Origin: Macrostomum hystrix
Taxonomy: Eukaryota > Animalia > Platyhelminthes
Length of the DNA: 64,000 bases
Assembly: GCA_950097015.1 (NCBI GenBank)
Contig: CATNEN010000039.1
Coordinates: 15,314,001-15,378,000, forward strand
Direction: 5' to 3'
Of the stretch, positions 35,301-48,709 are shown piece after piece; position 1 is the first letter of the stretch; each line of letters starts with the position of its first letter. Under the pieces are notes generated by a model. That model did not search any database and was not told where the DNA came from. It worked only from the letters and a program-made list of their open reading frames with translations. Made by a program: the position numbers and the translations under genes.

Positions 35301-38300
35301 GTGTCTAACAGTTTAGGATTGTGTCTAACAGTTTAGAATTGTGTCTAACAGTTTAGGATTGTGTCTAACAGTTTAGGATTGTGTCTAACACTTTAGATTG
35401 TGTCTAACAGTTTAGGATTGTGTCTAACACTTTAGGATTGTGTCTAACAGTTTAGGATTGTGTCTAACGTACAGTTTAGGATTGTGTCTAACACTTTAGA
35501 TTGTGTCTAACACTTTAGATTGTGTCTAACAGTTTAGATTGTGTCTAACAGTTTAGGATTGTGTCTAACAGTTTAGGATTGTGTCTAACAGTTTAGGATT
35601 GTGTCTAACAGTTTAGGATTGTGTCTAACAGTTTAGGATTGTGTCTAACAGTTTAGGATTGTGTCTAACAGTTTAGGATTGTGTCTAACAGTTTAGGATT
35701 GTGTCTAACGTACAGTTTAGGATTGTGTCTAACAGTTTAGGATTGTGTCTAACAGTTTAGGATTGTGTCTAACAGTTTAGGATTGTGTCTAACAGTTTAG
35801 GATTGTGTCTAACAGTTTAGGATTGTGTCTAACAGTTTAGGATTGTGTCTAACAGTTTAGGATTGTGTCTAACAGTTTAGGATTGTGTCTAACAGTTTAG
35901 GATTGTGTCTAGCGGTTTAGCCTAGCAGATTAAATTTGATGGAAAAAGTTTAGATTCTCCCCACCGCCACTCAATCTCCAATCGTTGAGCCAGATTGAAT
36001 GCGGCGGTTAGATTAGTTGCCATGGCAACGCCCTGCCGCTGCTGCTGCTGTGGCTCTCCGCCAATCCAAGCGTAGTTGAATGGCACCGCCTGGCCGTTGA
36101 TGAGCAGTTCTCGAGGTGGCGGCTCGTCTTGGCTGGAGACCGGCGCCAAGATGGTGACACTCTCCAGCAGCTTCGGCTGGCTCGTTATGCCGTCCCGAAC
36201 CGGACTGATGACGCAGCGCCTCTGACAGTCGGGTAAGGATTTTTCGGGCAGAATTTTCATAAACAAACCACGCTGAGTATAGTTTGAGAAGCAGTAAGTA
36301 AAGCTTTTAGATAGCGCTAAAAAAGAAACGAATTCGCTTAAATTAAAATTTAGAAAGTACCGACTTTCAGAAAGCAACGTTAAACTGAAATCTAGAAAGT
36401 AACGGATAGTAACAGCAGTACCTTCGCACAGACGACAGTGGCGTGAAAGAATGGCGCACTCGGCTGATTAATTGATTCCGAGTCTAAAATTGATAGCAAA
36501 GTTATTGGTCCATAAATTGTCAACAGCGCATTTTTCTGTACTTTTAAAACAGTCAGTGACACTCACAGTCGGTCTCGCCGTCGTCCCAAAACAGCTCTCC
36601 CTGGGAGGTCTCATCAGCTGACATTGCCACCAGCAGTTGAAATTTTCCAGACTGGATGCTGCGGTGAGTTAAGAATAATATTTTTAATAAAATTTGTTTG
36701 AAAATTTCTCAAGGTGATATTCTCATTGCCAGTGGGTTTTTCACAGCCTCTGCGAGCTGCCAAAATTGTTTTTGAGACGCCAGAACCCCACTGAGTCATT
36801 CACAGTACGATTGGGTCAATCACAGTTTTATTGGGTCATTCACAGTTTTATTAGGTCATTCACAGTTTTATTATTGGGTCATTCACAGTTTTTGTGAGTC
36901 ATTCACAGTCCGATTGGGTCAATCACAGTTTTATTGGGTCATTCACAGTTTTATTGGGTCATTCACAGTTATATTTAGTCATTCACATTTTGATTCAGTC
37001 ACTCACAGTTTGATTCAGTCATTGACAGTTTGATTCAGTCACTCACAGTTTTAGTAAGTCATTCACAGTTTTGTTGAGTCATTCACAGTTTTATTGGGTC
37101 ATTCACAGTTATATTTAGTCATTCACATTTTGATTCAGTCACTCACAGTTTGATTCAGTCATTGACAGTTTGATTCAGTCACTCACAGTTTTAGTAAGTC
37201 ATTCACAGTTTTGTTGAGTCATTCACAGTTTGATTGAGTCATTCACAGTTCGATTGAGTCATTCACATTCTGATTGAGTCATTCACAGTCTGATTGAGTC
37301 ATTCACAGTTTGATTCAGTCATTCACAGTCTGATGGAGTCATTCACAGTTCGATTGAGTCATTCACAGTCTGATTGAGTCATTCACAGTTTCATTCAGTC
37401 ATTCACAGTCTGATGGAGTCATTCACAGTTTGATTGAGTCATTCACAGTTCGATTGAGTCATTCACAGTCTGATTGAGTCATTCACAGTTTGATTGAGTC
37501 ATTCACAGTTTGATTCAGTCATTCACAGTCTGATGGAGTCATTCACAGTTCGATTGAGTCATTCACAGTCTGATTGAGTCATTCACAGTTTCATTCAGTC
37601 ATTCACAGTCTGATGGAGTCATTCACAGTTTGATTGAGTCATTCACAGTTCGATTGAGTCATTCACAGTCTGATTCAGTCATTCACAGTTTTAGTGAGTC
37701 ATTCACAGTTTTAGTGAGTCATTGACAGTTTTAGTGAGTAATTCACAGTTTTAGTGAGTCATTCACAGTCTGATTGAGTCATTCACAGTTTTAGTGAGTC
37801 ATTCACAGTTTTAGTGAGTCATTCACAGTTTTAGTGAGTCATTCACATTTTGATTCAGTCACTCACAGTTTGATTCAGTCATTGACAGTTTGATTCAGTC
37901 ACTCACAGTTTTAGTAAGTCATTCACAGTTTTGTTGAGTCATTCACAGTTTTAGTGAGTCATTGACAGTTTTAGTGAGTAATTCACAGTTTTAGTGAATC
38001 ATTCACAGTCTGATTGAGTCATTCACAGTCTGATTGAGTCATTCACCGTCTGAGTGAGTCATTCACAGTTTTTGTGAGTCATTCACAGTTTTGTTGAGTC
38101 ATTCACAGTTTTAGTGAGTCATTCACAGTCTGATTGAGTCATTTATAACTTCATAGGGTGTAAATGGCAGAGCGGTCTAACGCGTTAGCCTCTCGCGGCA
38201 AGGTCCGTGAGTTCGATTCCGCGGCGAGGCTACATTGATTTGGGGCCCAGCCACGGAGAGAAAGATTGGATGCTTGTCGCGCAATTTACGCCCTTGAGGG

Positions 38301-41300
38301 CCAACCTCCGAGGCACAGTGAGGAGTGTACAACTGAGTGCGTGTGTGCTCAGGAGTCAGCGAAATGGGTAGAATTGCCTCCTCGCTGAATCCGTGTCTAG
38401 TGTCCACCTAATGATTCATTCATTGTCTCACAATTCAATGAGAAAGTCAGTCTCAGCGCAATGATTACAATGTTCGATCCAATTACTACTGTTTAGTAGT
38501 AGCACAGTCTTACTCACTGGTCCCTGGTGCTGCTGGCAGGTGCCGTAGTGAACAGGCTGTAGCCGCCCCGCAGGTGAATCAGCGGCAGGGGTCCTTCGCC
38601 AACATCAGTGATTACTTGACGGCTGGCGCCGTTGATTTTCAAGACTCGCCGATACCCCCAACTATTCGGATGGGCTAAACTGCCAAGGCTTTGACTCTCG
38701 CTAGCCGTGATGTCAAACCAGACTCCCGGTGGCATCCAGTGAGTCAGCGGCCCCGTGGAGTCCTGCAGTTTGAAAAAGGTCTAAGTAACGGAAATACATC
38801 AATTAACGGACGAATGCAAAGTAACGGAATACATAAAAGTAACGGAATAAGTAAAAGTAATGGAATAAATATAAGTAACGGAATACATAAAAGTAGCATA
38901 ATATATGAAAGTTACGTAAAAAATGACGGAATAAATTAAAGTAACGAATTAAGTAAAAGTAACGGAATAAATATAAGTAACGGAATAAATCAGAGTAACG
39001 GAATACATCAAAAGAACGAAAGAAAATTCATAAAACTACCGTGCGATCCGGCAGTTTCATAAAAACTCATCGAAAAAAATCGGGCGCAAAATTATAAGAG
39101 AACAATTCTTTGGTTTCTACTTAGTTACTCAAGTCAATTGCTGTAATTTCTGTAACAATAATTTGTGTTTTATTCACTCACCACAGACATCTGGGGACTG
39201 ATAAGCAGCGCTTCGCCCCACATGAACTGCATGTCCACACTGTGCAGGCTCACTTCGTTTGGGAAACTGCGGATTGGTGTCAGAGAATAATCAGGTGTGA
39301 TTGAGAACACTCAGATCTGAGATTGATCAGGTTGAGAACACATAAATCAAAGACTGATCAGGTGAGATTGAGAACACTCAGATCAAAGAATAATCTAGTG
39401 AGATGGAGAATCACATAAAAGAATATGAAAAATGAAATTTAAGTTTCAATAAAATTTAAATTTAAGTCGGCTTACTTAAAAAACAGGGGTCTGACCACAG
39501 TGCCGCCATGCCTGTGAGCCCGGTGAAACAGGGTGTACAGGTGCGGATTAAGCCTGTATCGCTGTCGAACGACCCTAACCATTTGTTGGACACACTGGGG
39601 ACACACCTGCTGATACACAGCCGGGTCCTGATCCTGCGGTGTTGTAGGTCAAGTCTTTGACATTACTATCAGCTGCTTGGCAAAATAGCTGCCGCGTGTG
39701 TTGTAAATACGGTAGAAACCTACTAAAGGGGCTAATACACCTGTTACTTTGACAGCTAGTACACCTGTTACTTTGACAGCTAATACACCTGTTACTTTGA
39801 CAGCTAATACACCTGTTACTTTGACAGCTAATACACCTGTTACTTTGACAACTAATACACCTGTTACTTTGACAGCTAATACACATGTTGCTTTGACAGC
39901 TAATACACCTGTTACTTTGACAGCTAATACACCTGTTACTTTGACAGCTAATACACCTGTTACTTTGACAACTAATACACCTGTTACTTTGACAGCTAAT
40001 ACACATGTTGCTTTGACAGCTAATACACCTGTTACTTTGACAGCTAATACACCTGTTACTTTGACAGCTAATACACCTGTTACTTTGACAGCTAATACAC
40101 ATGTTGCTTTGACAGCTAATACACCTGTTATATTGACAGACTAACACGTGTTTTTGACAGCTTGACACCTCTTTTTAGACAGTTAAATGCCTGTTATAAT
40201 TTGTCAGACAAACACTTTTGCGATAGCTACTAAATCACCTGTTATTTTGACAGCTGAAAAACGCATCAGTGTCTCACCGGCGAGTTCTCAAAGTTGTGAT
40301 TGCGGCTGAACGGATAGAAAGCTCCGACCTCCATCCAGCGGGTGCACAGTCGCGCGCTTGCAGTGCCAAAAAAGCCGCAGATATCCGCTCCGACGAAGGG
40401 CAGGCCGAAGATGTTGAACTCGAGCAGACCGACTGTTGCGTAACGCATGTGGCTCTCGCTCGAGTCGTTGTCGCCAAGCCAAGTACCAGCTTGGGCGCCG
40501 CTGCCGGGATAATTCGACCGGCTGACGATCGGTTTCCGACGGCCTGGCGCTGATTGGCCCAGGGCCCGTCGGGTCGCCGACTCCATGGCGTAGCCGTAGA
40601 GACTGTGGACATTGTAGTGCAACTGCTGCTGCTGCCTAACCCAGACGTCACTATCCAGTGTGTGCTGAGCGTACATGCAGATTGATTTGTCTGACAGTTG
40701 GGCAATTTTTGAGTCGTGCTCCGAGTCCCAAAAATAGGCGGCACCTTTTAATGGAAATTTCGTTTTTGTAATTTTTAATCGGCGAAATTCAAAAGCGACG
40801 ACTTAAGAAAATCAGCGATTCAAATATGCTCACTAGGCCTGTACGGCGGCATCTCAAGCAGTGAGCTGTTGTCGCACTTCAGACTCCAGTAGGGCGTCTC
40901 ATGCTCCGGCCAATTCCACGGCTTCTTCTCGTTTGTACCAAAGTTGGCCGGCTCGTTCATGTCCTGGGCGGAGGGAGAAAGAATAAATTTAATTGTAATT
41001 TTGAATCTGAACTTGTTTATCGTAACTTGCTACTTAGAAGTAGCTTATGCGCTAACCAGCCAGATTCCGTCAAATGGCACGCCACCGCTCTGGTGCTCCT
41101 GAATTAGCTGGGTCCAGTACTCCACCGAGGAGTTCTTGAAGAAGTCGACGAAAGCAACTTTTCCACTGGGCCACACCTGAAAATAAATAGAATTTTACTG
41201 ACGAGCCTTGGCGCAGTAACGGAAGAAAGTTACTGAAGGTTTAAAAGCAAAGGAAAATATCGATATTATGGAAGACTTAAAGTAATCGAGAAAAAGCAAC

Positions 41301-44300
41301 GTAAACTATAAAGTAACGGAATCTATGACAGTAACAAAATACTTCAAGCAACGGAGGATTTCAGAGTAACAGAAGACTGAAGACAACTATAAGAAGATAT
41401 CATGGTACCTAAAATATGAAAAATAAAGGAATACATAGAAGTAACTGACGACATCAAAGTAACGCCATCAAAGCAACAAAAATAAAATAAAGAAAAAACG
41501 ACAATAAAATACATAAAAAATAACGGAAGAAAAAATAGGGCAGAATGGATCAAAGTAACGAAATTCATCAGAGCAACAAAAGGAATTAAAAAATATTAAA
41601 AAACCAAAAAATAACAGAATACAAAAAAGGAACGGAAGACATTAAAGTAACGGTAGGCCAAAAAGTAACGGAAGGAATTAAAGTAACGGTATGCATCTGA
41701 GTAACGAAAGGCATCAAAGTAGCAGAAGGAATAAAAAACGGAAGTAATCAAATTAACGGAAGGCATCAAATTAATGGATGGCATCAAAGTAACGAAATGC
41801 AACAAAGTAACGAAATGAATTAAAGTAACGAAAGGCATCAAAGTAACGGAAGGCATCAAATAAATTAAAAGAAAAAAATTACAAAACACACAAAAGAACC
41901 AGAACACGAAACGGAACAGGAGACATCAAAGTAACGGAAGGTATCTAAGGAACGGATGGCTTCAAAGTAACAGAAAGCCGTCAAAGTACCAGAAGGCATC
42001 ACAGTAACGAAAGGAATCAAAATAACGGAAGGAATCTAATAAACGGATGGCACCAAATTAACGGAAGGCATCAAAGTAACGGAAGGCATCAAAGTAACGG
42101 AAACTTTTTAAAGTTAATGTAGTGCAACGTTCCCTAAAGTAGGTAACGAAATGCGTTAAGTAAAACTCACGTAACCCAGCAGCACAGTGTCGTTAAGAAA
42201 GTCGAAATCCCCCGGCGGCATTTCGTCAGCCGATCGCCAACGCACAAAAGTGTCCATTTGGCGGCCTAACTCGAAGGGCCGATAGCCGGTAGAGTTGATG
42301 ACAACCACCGGATTCTTCGAATGCGAATGAAGTGGAGAAAGAATGTCAACTTGAAGCTTGTAACGTTTTAAGGCTAAAATCCATCTTTTCCATTAATCTC
42401 CTCTCTCACTTCCCAATCCCCTCGCACTTCCCAATCTCTCCTCTCACTTCTCAATCTCCCCTCACTTCCCAATCCCCTCGCACTTCCCAATCTCTCCTCT
42501 CACTTCTCAATCTCCCCTCACTTCCCAATTTCCTCTCTCACTTCCCAATCTCCTCTCTCACTTCCCAATCTCCCCTCTCACTTCCCAAACTCCCCTCTCA
42601 CTTCCCAATCCCCTCTCACTTCCCAATCTCCCCTCTCACTTCCCAATCTCCCCTCTCACTTCCCAATCCCCTCTCACTTTCCAATCTCCTCTCTCACTTC
42701 CCAATCTCCCCTCTCACTTCCCAATCTCCCCTCTCACTTCCCAATCTCCTCTCTCACTTTCCAATCTCCTCTCTCACTTCCCAATCTCCTATCTCACTTC
42801 CCAATCTCCCCTCTCACTTCCCAATCCCCTCTCACTTCCCAATCCCCTCTCACTTTCCAATCTCCTCTCTCACTTCCCAATCCCCTCTCACTTTCCAATC
42901 TCCCCTCTCACTTCCCAATCTCCCCTCTCACTTCCCAATCTCCCCTCTCACTTCCCAATCCCCTCTCACTTTCCAATCTCCTCTCTCACTTCCCAATCTC
43001 CCCTCTCACTTCCCAATCTCCCCTCTCACTTCCCAATCTCCTCTCTCACTTCTCAATCTCCCCTCACTTCCCAATCTCCTCTCTCACTTCCCAATCTTCC
43101 CTCTCACTTCCCAATCTCCTCTCTCACTTCCCAATCTCCCCTCTCACTTCTTAATCTCCCCTCTCACTTCTCAATCTCACTTCCCAATCTCCACTCTCAC
43201 TTCCCAATCTCGCCTCTCACTTCCCAATATCTCCTCACGCTTCTCAATCTTTCCTCTCACTTCCCAATCTCCTCTCTCACTTCTCAATCTCCTCTCTCAC
43301 TTCCCAATCTACTCTTTCACTTCCCAATCTCCTCTCTTACTTCCCAATCTCCCCTCTCACTTCCCAATCTCCCCTCTCACTTCCCAATCTCCCCTCTCAC
43401 TTCCCAATCTCCTCTCTCACTTCCTAATCTTTTCTCGCACTTCCCAATCTCCCCTCTCACTTCCCAATCTCCCCTCTCACTTCCCAATCTCCTCTCTCAC
43501 TTCTCAATCTCCTCTCTCACTTCCCAATCTCCTCTTTCACTTCCCAATCTCCTCTCTTACTTCCCAATCTCCCCTCTCACTTCCCAATCTCCCCTCTCAC
43601 TTCCCAATCTCTCCTCTCACTTCCCAATCTCCTCTCTCACTTCCCAATCTCCTCTCTCACTTCTCAATCTCCTCTCTCACTTCCCAATCTACTCTTTCAC
43701 TTCCCAATCTCCTCTCTTACTTCCCAATCTCCCCTCTCACTTCCCAATCTGCCCTCTCACTTCCCAATCTCCCCTCTCACTTCCCAATCCCCTCTCACTT
43801 TCCAATCTCCTCTCTCACTTCACAATCTCCCCTCTCACTTCCCAATCTCCTCTCTCACTTCTCAATCTCCCCTCACTTCCCAATCTCTACTCTCACTTCC
43901 CAATCTTCCCTCTCACTTCCTAATCTCCTTTCTCACTTCCCAATCTCCCCTCTCACTTCCCAAACTCCCCTCTCACTTCCCAATCCCCTCTCACTTCCCA
44001 ATCTCCCCTCTCACTTCCCAATCTCCCCTCTCACTTCCCAATCCCCTCTCACTTTCCAATCTCCTCTCTCACTTCCCAATCTCCCCTCTCACTTCCCAAT
44101 CTCCCCTCTCACTTCCCAATCTCCTCTCTCACTTTCCAATCTCCTCTCTCACTTCCAAATATTTTCTCGCACTTCCCTATCTCCCCTCTCACTTCCCAAT
44201 CTCCCCTCTCACTTCCCAATCTCCCGTCTCACTTCTCAATCTTCCCTCGCTTCCCAATCTCCCTTCTCACTTCGTCAACTCTAATTTTCAATTGATCATT

Positions 44301-47300
44301 CTATATTTTTTTCAAATCTCTTCAACAGTTCTTTTCCTTTGTTTTTTCATCCTTTTTTCTAAGAAAGAGTAGAAGTACGCTCGTAGGAACAGACTGGCGC
44401 ACCAAAATGGCTATATTCCTCAATCCGTATTGATTTCTCTGATCAACCAGATAGCTGTACAGGCCGGCATAGTTGATTGGATCAAGGGTGAACACTCGCC
44501 TCTGGTCCAGGTGATCAATATCTAGGTGTACAGCGTCGATCGGCAGGCCGATTGCGCGATTCCTAGAAAGCGTTTCGTTAATCTGGCTAAGGCTGCGGTA
44601 ACCATAGCGACTAATGTGAAATCCCAGACTCCAGTAGGGTGGCAAATTTGGCTTCCCAATCAGCTGATGGTATTGCGTAGCAACTGACTCCGGGTCCGGG
44701 CCAAGGAACATGAACAGGTCCAGGACACCTCCGGTGGTTCGATACACCAGGCGTGGACCAGGGCTGGTCACAAACTCTGCAAGGATTGGGATGAAAGCTC
44801 TGTCACCTGTCTGACTGATTCTGTCACCTGTCTGACAGATTCTGTCACCTGTCTGACTGATTCTGTCACCTGTCTGACTGATTCTGTCACCTGTCTCACA
44901 GATCCTGTCACCTGACTGACTGATTCTGTCACTTGTCTGACTGATTCTGTCACCTGTCTGACTGATTCTGTCAACTGTCTGACTGATTCTGTCACCTGTC
45001 TGACTGATTCTGTCACCTGTCTGACTGATTCTGTCACCTGTCTGACTGATTCTGTCACCTGTCTGACTGATTCTGTCACCTGTCTGACTGATTCTGTCAC
45101 CTGTCTGACTGATTCTGTCACCTGTCTGACAGATTCTGTCACCTGTCTGACTGATTCTGTCACCTGTCTGACTGATTCTGTCACCTGTCTGACTGATTCT
45201 GTCACCTGTCTGATTGATTCTGTCACCTGTCTGACTGATTCTGTCACCTGTCTGACTGATTCTGTCACCTGTCTGACTGATTCTGTCACCTGTCTCACAG
45301 ATCCTGTCACCTGACTGACTGATCCTGTCACTTGACTGACTGATTCTGTCACCTGTCTGACTGATTCTGTCACCTGTCTGACTGATTCTGTCACCTGTCT
45401 GATTGATTCTGTCACCTGTCTGACTGATTCTGTCACTTGTCTGACTGATTCTGTCACCTGTCTGACTGATTCTGTCACCTGTCTGACTGATTCTGTCACC
45501 TGTCTGACTGATTCTGTCACCTGTCTGACTGATTCTGTCACCTGTCTGACTGATTCTGTCACCTGTCTGACTGATTCTGTCACCTGTCTGACTGACTCTG
45601 TCACCTGTCTGATTGATTCTGTCACCTGTCTGACTGATTCTGTCACCTGTCTGACTGATACATTCGTTAACCTGTTGTTTTCCAAACCTTTTTCAGTGAC
45701 CCATCAGTGAAGAATACAGATAGCCACCAGTTAAACCATCAATAAGAAGCAGTGAACTCTGACTTCAATGCTCACCCATGGCGTTGCTGTTCCAGAGTAG
45801 TGCACCGTGAGCACTGTTATCTTGTTCAAGACTCATGTAGAACGGGTGCACTCCGTAGTGATTGCGCTGCTCCTGTTAGTTAGGTAGGACGGGTCAGGTC
45901 AGGGACTGGTCAGATTATCACATTTGGATGTCGGATTAGTCAGGGATGGGTCAAGATGTGTCAGGATGAGTCAAGATGTGTAAGTATTGGTCAAGATGTG
46001 TCAGGGTGCGTCAAGATGTCTCAGGATGGTTCAGGGTATGTCAAGATTAGTCAAGATGTGTCAGGATAGGTCAAGATGTGTCAGGATAGGTCAAGATGTG
46101 TTAGAGTGGGTCAATTTGCGTCAGGATGTGTCAGTATAGGTTAAGGTGTTTCCGGATGGGTCAAGGTGTGTCAGGGTGGGTCAAGATGCGTCAGGATATG
46201 TCAAGATGTGTCCGGGTATGTCAAGATGGGTCAACATGTTTCAGGGTGGGTTAATGGGTGTCAGGGTGGGTCAAGATGTGTCAGGGTGGGTTAATGGGTG
46301 TCAGGGTGGGTCAAGATGTGTCAGGATATGTCAAGATGTGTCCGGGTATGTCAAGATGGGTCAACATGTGTCAGGGTGGGCTAATGGGTGTCAGGGTGGG
46401 TTAATGGGTGTCAGGGTGGGTCAAGATGTGTCAGGGTGCGTCAAGATGCGTCAGGGTGGGTCAAGATGTGTCAGGGTGCGTCAAGATGCGTCAGGGTGCG
46501 TCAAGATGTGTCAGGGTGCGTCAAGATGCGTCAGGGTGGGTCAAGATGTGTCACGGTGGGTCAATATGTGTCAGGGTGCGTCAAGATGTGTCAGGGTGGG
46601 TCAGTATAGGTTAAAGTATTTCAGGATGGGTCAAGTTGTGTCAGGATGGGTATATGTGTCAGGGTGTGTCACTGTGTGTCAGGATCGGTCCAAGCTTAAA
46701 TTTGAATGCCGATTTGCCTCACATTAAACACAGGTTCATCTCGGGCAAAGAGTGCCCAGGTTCGAAATTTGTCCAGTTGGATTAGCAAGCGGGGCTTCAC
46801 AGTCTCGCCAAAACCGAGCAGCTTTTTGCTGGGCAGGTCGGTGGCTAGCTGGATTAGCTGATCAGCGTAGATGAAGGCTGCCGGCACCAGGTTGAACCTG
46901 AGAATGGAGACACTTCTGAGCTCAATTTGGCGTGCTCAAATAGAAACTATAGATAGCATACTTGGGGAGGCGGAGGGAGTGGTACACTGGGGAGAGGGGG
47001 TGTACATTGTGAAGAGGAAGGGAGTGGTACACTGGGGAGAGGGGGTGTACATTGGGAAGAGGAAGGGAGGGGAACATTGGGGAGAGGGGGTGTACATTGG
47101 GAAGAGAAAGGGAGGGGAACATTGGGGAGAGGGGGTGTACATTGGGAAGAGAAAGGGAGGGGAACATTGGGGAGAGGGGGTGTACATTGGGAAGAGAAAG
47201 GGAGAGAAACATTGGGGAGAGGGGATGTACATTGTGAAGAGGAAGGGAGAGAAACATTGGGGAGAGGGGATGTACATTGTGAAGAGGAAGGGAGGGGAAC

Positions 47301-48703
47301 ATTGGTGAGAGGGGATGTACATTGGGAAGAGGAAGGGAGGGGAACATTGGGGAGAGGGGGTGTACATTGGGAAGAGGAAGGGAGAGAAACATTTGGGAGA
47401 GGGGATGTACATTGTGAAGAGGAAGGGAGGGGAACATTGGTGAGAGGGGATGTACATTGGGAAGAGGAAGGGAGGGGAACATTGGGGAGAGGGGGTGTAC
47501 ATTGGGAAGAGAAAGGGAGGGGAACATTGGGGAGAGGGGGTGTACATTGGGAAGAGGAAGGGAGGGGAACATTGGTGAGAGGGGATGTACATTGGGAAGA
47601 GGAAGGGAGGGGAACATTGGGGAGAGGGGGTGTACATTGGGAAGAGGAAGGGAGAGAAACATTTGGGAGAGGGGATGTACATTGTGAAGAGGAAGGGAGG
47701 GGAACATTGGTGAGAGGGGATGTACATTGGGAAGAGGAAGGGAGGGGAACATTGGGGAGAGGGGGTGTACATTGGGAAGAGAAAGGGAGGGGAACATTGG
47801 GGAGAGGGGGTGTACATTGGGAAGAGGAAGGGAGAGAAACATTGGGGAGAGGGGGTGTACATTGGGAAGAGGAAGGGAGGGGAACAGTGAGAGGTGAAGT
47901 TTGAGACCCAAAGAAAAAGCATTCAAGCTCACAAAACAGCGCCGGTGGATCTCCGTGTAACCCGAAAGCTGAAGGGCTGCTTCTGGACGGTGACTCGATA
48001 GCGCGGCCTCTCCGTGCCCGACTGTGGCAGATGTAGCGGCACCGGGACTTCGTAGCGACTGGAGTTGGCGCTCACAATCTGGCCAATGTTTAGGCGCGAA
48101 TAGGGTTTTGGCCATAGACTAACTGATACCATTGGATACTGCGAAATTAACTGCGCCAACCTTAATTCGAACTGTAGAATCGGACAGATGAGTCACCAGC
48201 AGCCGGAGATACGGCAGGCCGCCTCTAAACAGCTGCCCGTCGGAGTCGCCATCCCGCAGTTGCAACGTAGCCGTCAGGCCGTCTCGGGTCTCAACCATTT
48301 CGACAAGCTCGTAGCCCAGCAGATCAGATTGTTCCGGATAAAAGCAGCGGGGCGCGTTCAGATCGTTAGCTCCGATATCGTCAAAGTGGCAGCCGCGTCG
48401 TTCGCAATTTGCTCGACTGGCACCGCCGGGCAGTTGTCGATAGTCGAACAGGCAGTCGATTCGCTGCTCCGCCGGCGCTGGACGTTGAGTAGGCCGCGGG
48501 GTGCTCAGCATCGGCGGAGGCGTCGGCCGCGGAGCTGAGGCCAGCTGAGCGATGAGTACAGAGAGGGAAATCAGAATTCCCAGCAGAGCCAAGAAGGTTG
48601 CGGTCAGCAGGCCGAGCTTCAGCCTCCGGGATGTTGTTGACGCCTCGGCAGACTGGCGTGGGGTAGCGCGAGTGTTTTTTGTACAATTATGGCGTCACTG
48701 GTA
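23386..48703 (-). CDS. Two-domain GH31 alpha-glucosidase, maltase-glucoamylase/sucrase-isomaltase-like type II membrane protein, ~30 exons; probable extra 5' exon at 50233-50269, start codon not located
   Basis: TM anchor and P/T stalk (~48480-48620). Trefoil RIDC...C..RGC...PRCF at ~48.4 kb and again at ~34.3 kb. Domain 1: GIWL|DMNEPANF (41056/40963), WLGDN and VGADICGF (40.3-40.5 kb). Domain 2: [11 protein letters not shown] (30.3 kb), WLGDN (28.7 kb), VGADICGY (26.8 kb). Putative stop at 23386. Exon boundaries are approximate. Confidence 0.92.
23510..24140. repeat. Minisatellite, 30 bp unit ATGACTCAAAATCTCTCATGTGGTACTCCT
   Basis: Tandem units in the last GH31 intron; most contain TGACTCA. 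Confidence 0.95.
24661..25520. repeat. Minisatellite, 21 bp unit TTCACTCCAGTCTGCCTGTCA
   Basis: Tandem units in a GH31 intron. Confidence 0.96.
26045..26372. repeat. Minisatellite, 20 bp unit GGATAGAGTGGGATGGCAGA
   Basis: Tandem units in a GH31 intron. Confidence 0.93.
26888..28550. repeat. Minisatellite, 17 bp unit GTCACTCTGTCTAG(A/G)(A/G)T
   Basis: Tandem units fill the intron between the PF and VGADICG exons. Confidence 0.97.
28898..29860. repeat. Minisatellite, 20 bp unit GACCCATCTAACAGGTATAT
   Basis: Tandem units in a GH31 intron. Confidence 0.97.
30430..30925. repeat. Minisatellite, 26 bp unit TGACCTGTCAATCTAACTTGTCAATC (two 13-mers)
   Basis: Tandem units in a GH31 intron. Confidence 0.93.
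31545..31850. repeat. Minisatellite, 30 bp unit with palindrome TAGTGACGTCACTA
   Basis: Unit GTAGTGACGTCACTAAATTAAATTTGGATA. Confidence 0.93.
32433..33045. repeat. Minisatellite, 37 bp unit GAGAGTGTACATTCCTTCAGCTTGAAACTCTAACCCC
   Basis: Tandem units in a GH31 intron. Confidence 0.95.
34416..35915. repeat. Minisatellite, 20 bp unit TTAGGATTGTGTCTAACAGT
   Basis: Fills the intron between the two GH31 halves. Confidence 0.97.
36792..38142. repeat. Minisatellite, 20 bp unit ATTCACAGTTTGATTGAGTC
   Basis: Tandem units; many contain TGAGTCA. Confidence 0.96.
38156..38425 (+). mobile_element. tRNA-derived SINE (second family) in a GH31 intron
   Basis: A-box TGGCAGAGCGGTCTAACGCG, B-box GAGTTCGATTCC, ~200 bp unrelated body, short (ATTC)n tail. 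Confidence 0.65.
39730..40140. repeat. Minisatellite, 24 bp unit GCTAATACACCTGTTACTTTGACA
   Basis: Tandem units; a shorter copy lies at 55295-55560. Confidence 0.95.
41210..42110. repeat. Degenerate AAAGTAACGGAAGGCATC-type repeat (related array at ~38780-39010)
   Basis: Recurrent AAGTAACGGAA motif. Confidence 0.75.
42400..44272. repeat. Pyrimidine-rich minisatellite, ~18-20 bp unit TCTCACTTCCCAATCTCCCC
   Basis: 1.9 kb array almost free of G. Confidence 0.96.
44798..45660. repeat. Minisatellite, 21 bp unit CTGTCACCTGTCTGACTGATT
   Basis: Tandem units in a GH31 intron. Confidence 0.97.
45945..46690. repeat. Minisatellite, 20 bp unit TCAAGATGTGTCAGGGTG(G/C)G
   Basis: Tandem units with 10 bp sub-periodicity. 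Confidence 0.9.
46975..47885. repeat. Purine-rich minisatellite, 45 bp unit
   Basis: GGGAGGGGAACATTGGGGAGAGGGGGTGTACATTGGGAAGAGGAA-type units. Confidence 0.95.
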
Positions 48704-48709
48704 GCTAAT

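Noticed and set aside
42332-48115. 650, 305, 397 and 328 aa low-complexity ORFs
   Set aside because: They are translations of intronic tandem repeats within the GH31 gene
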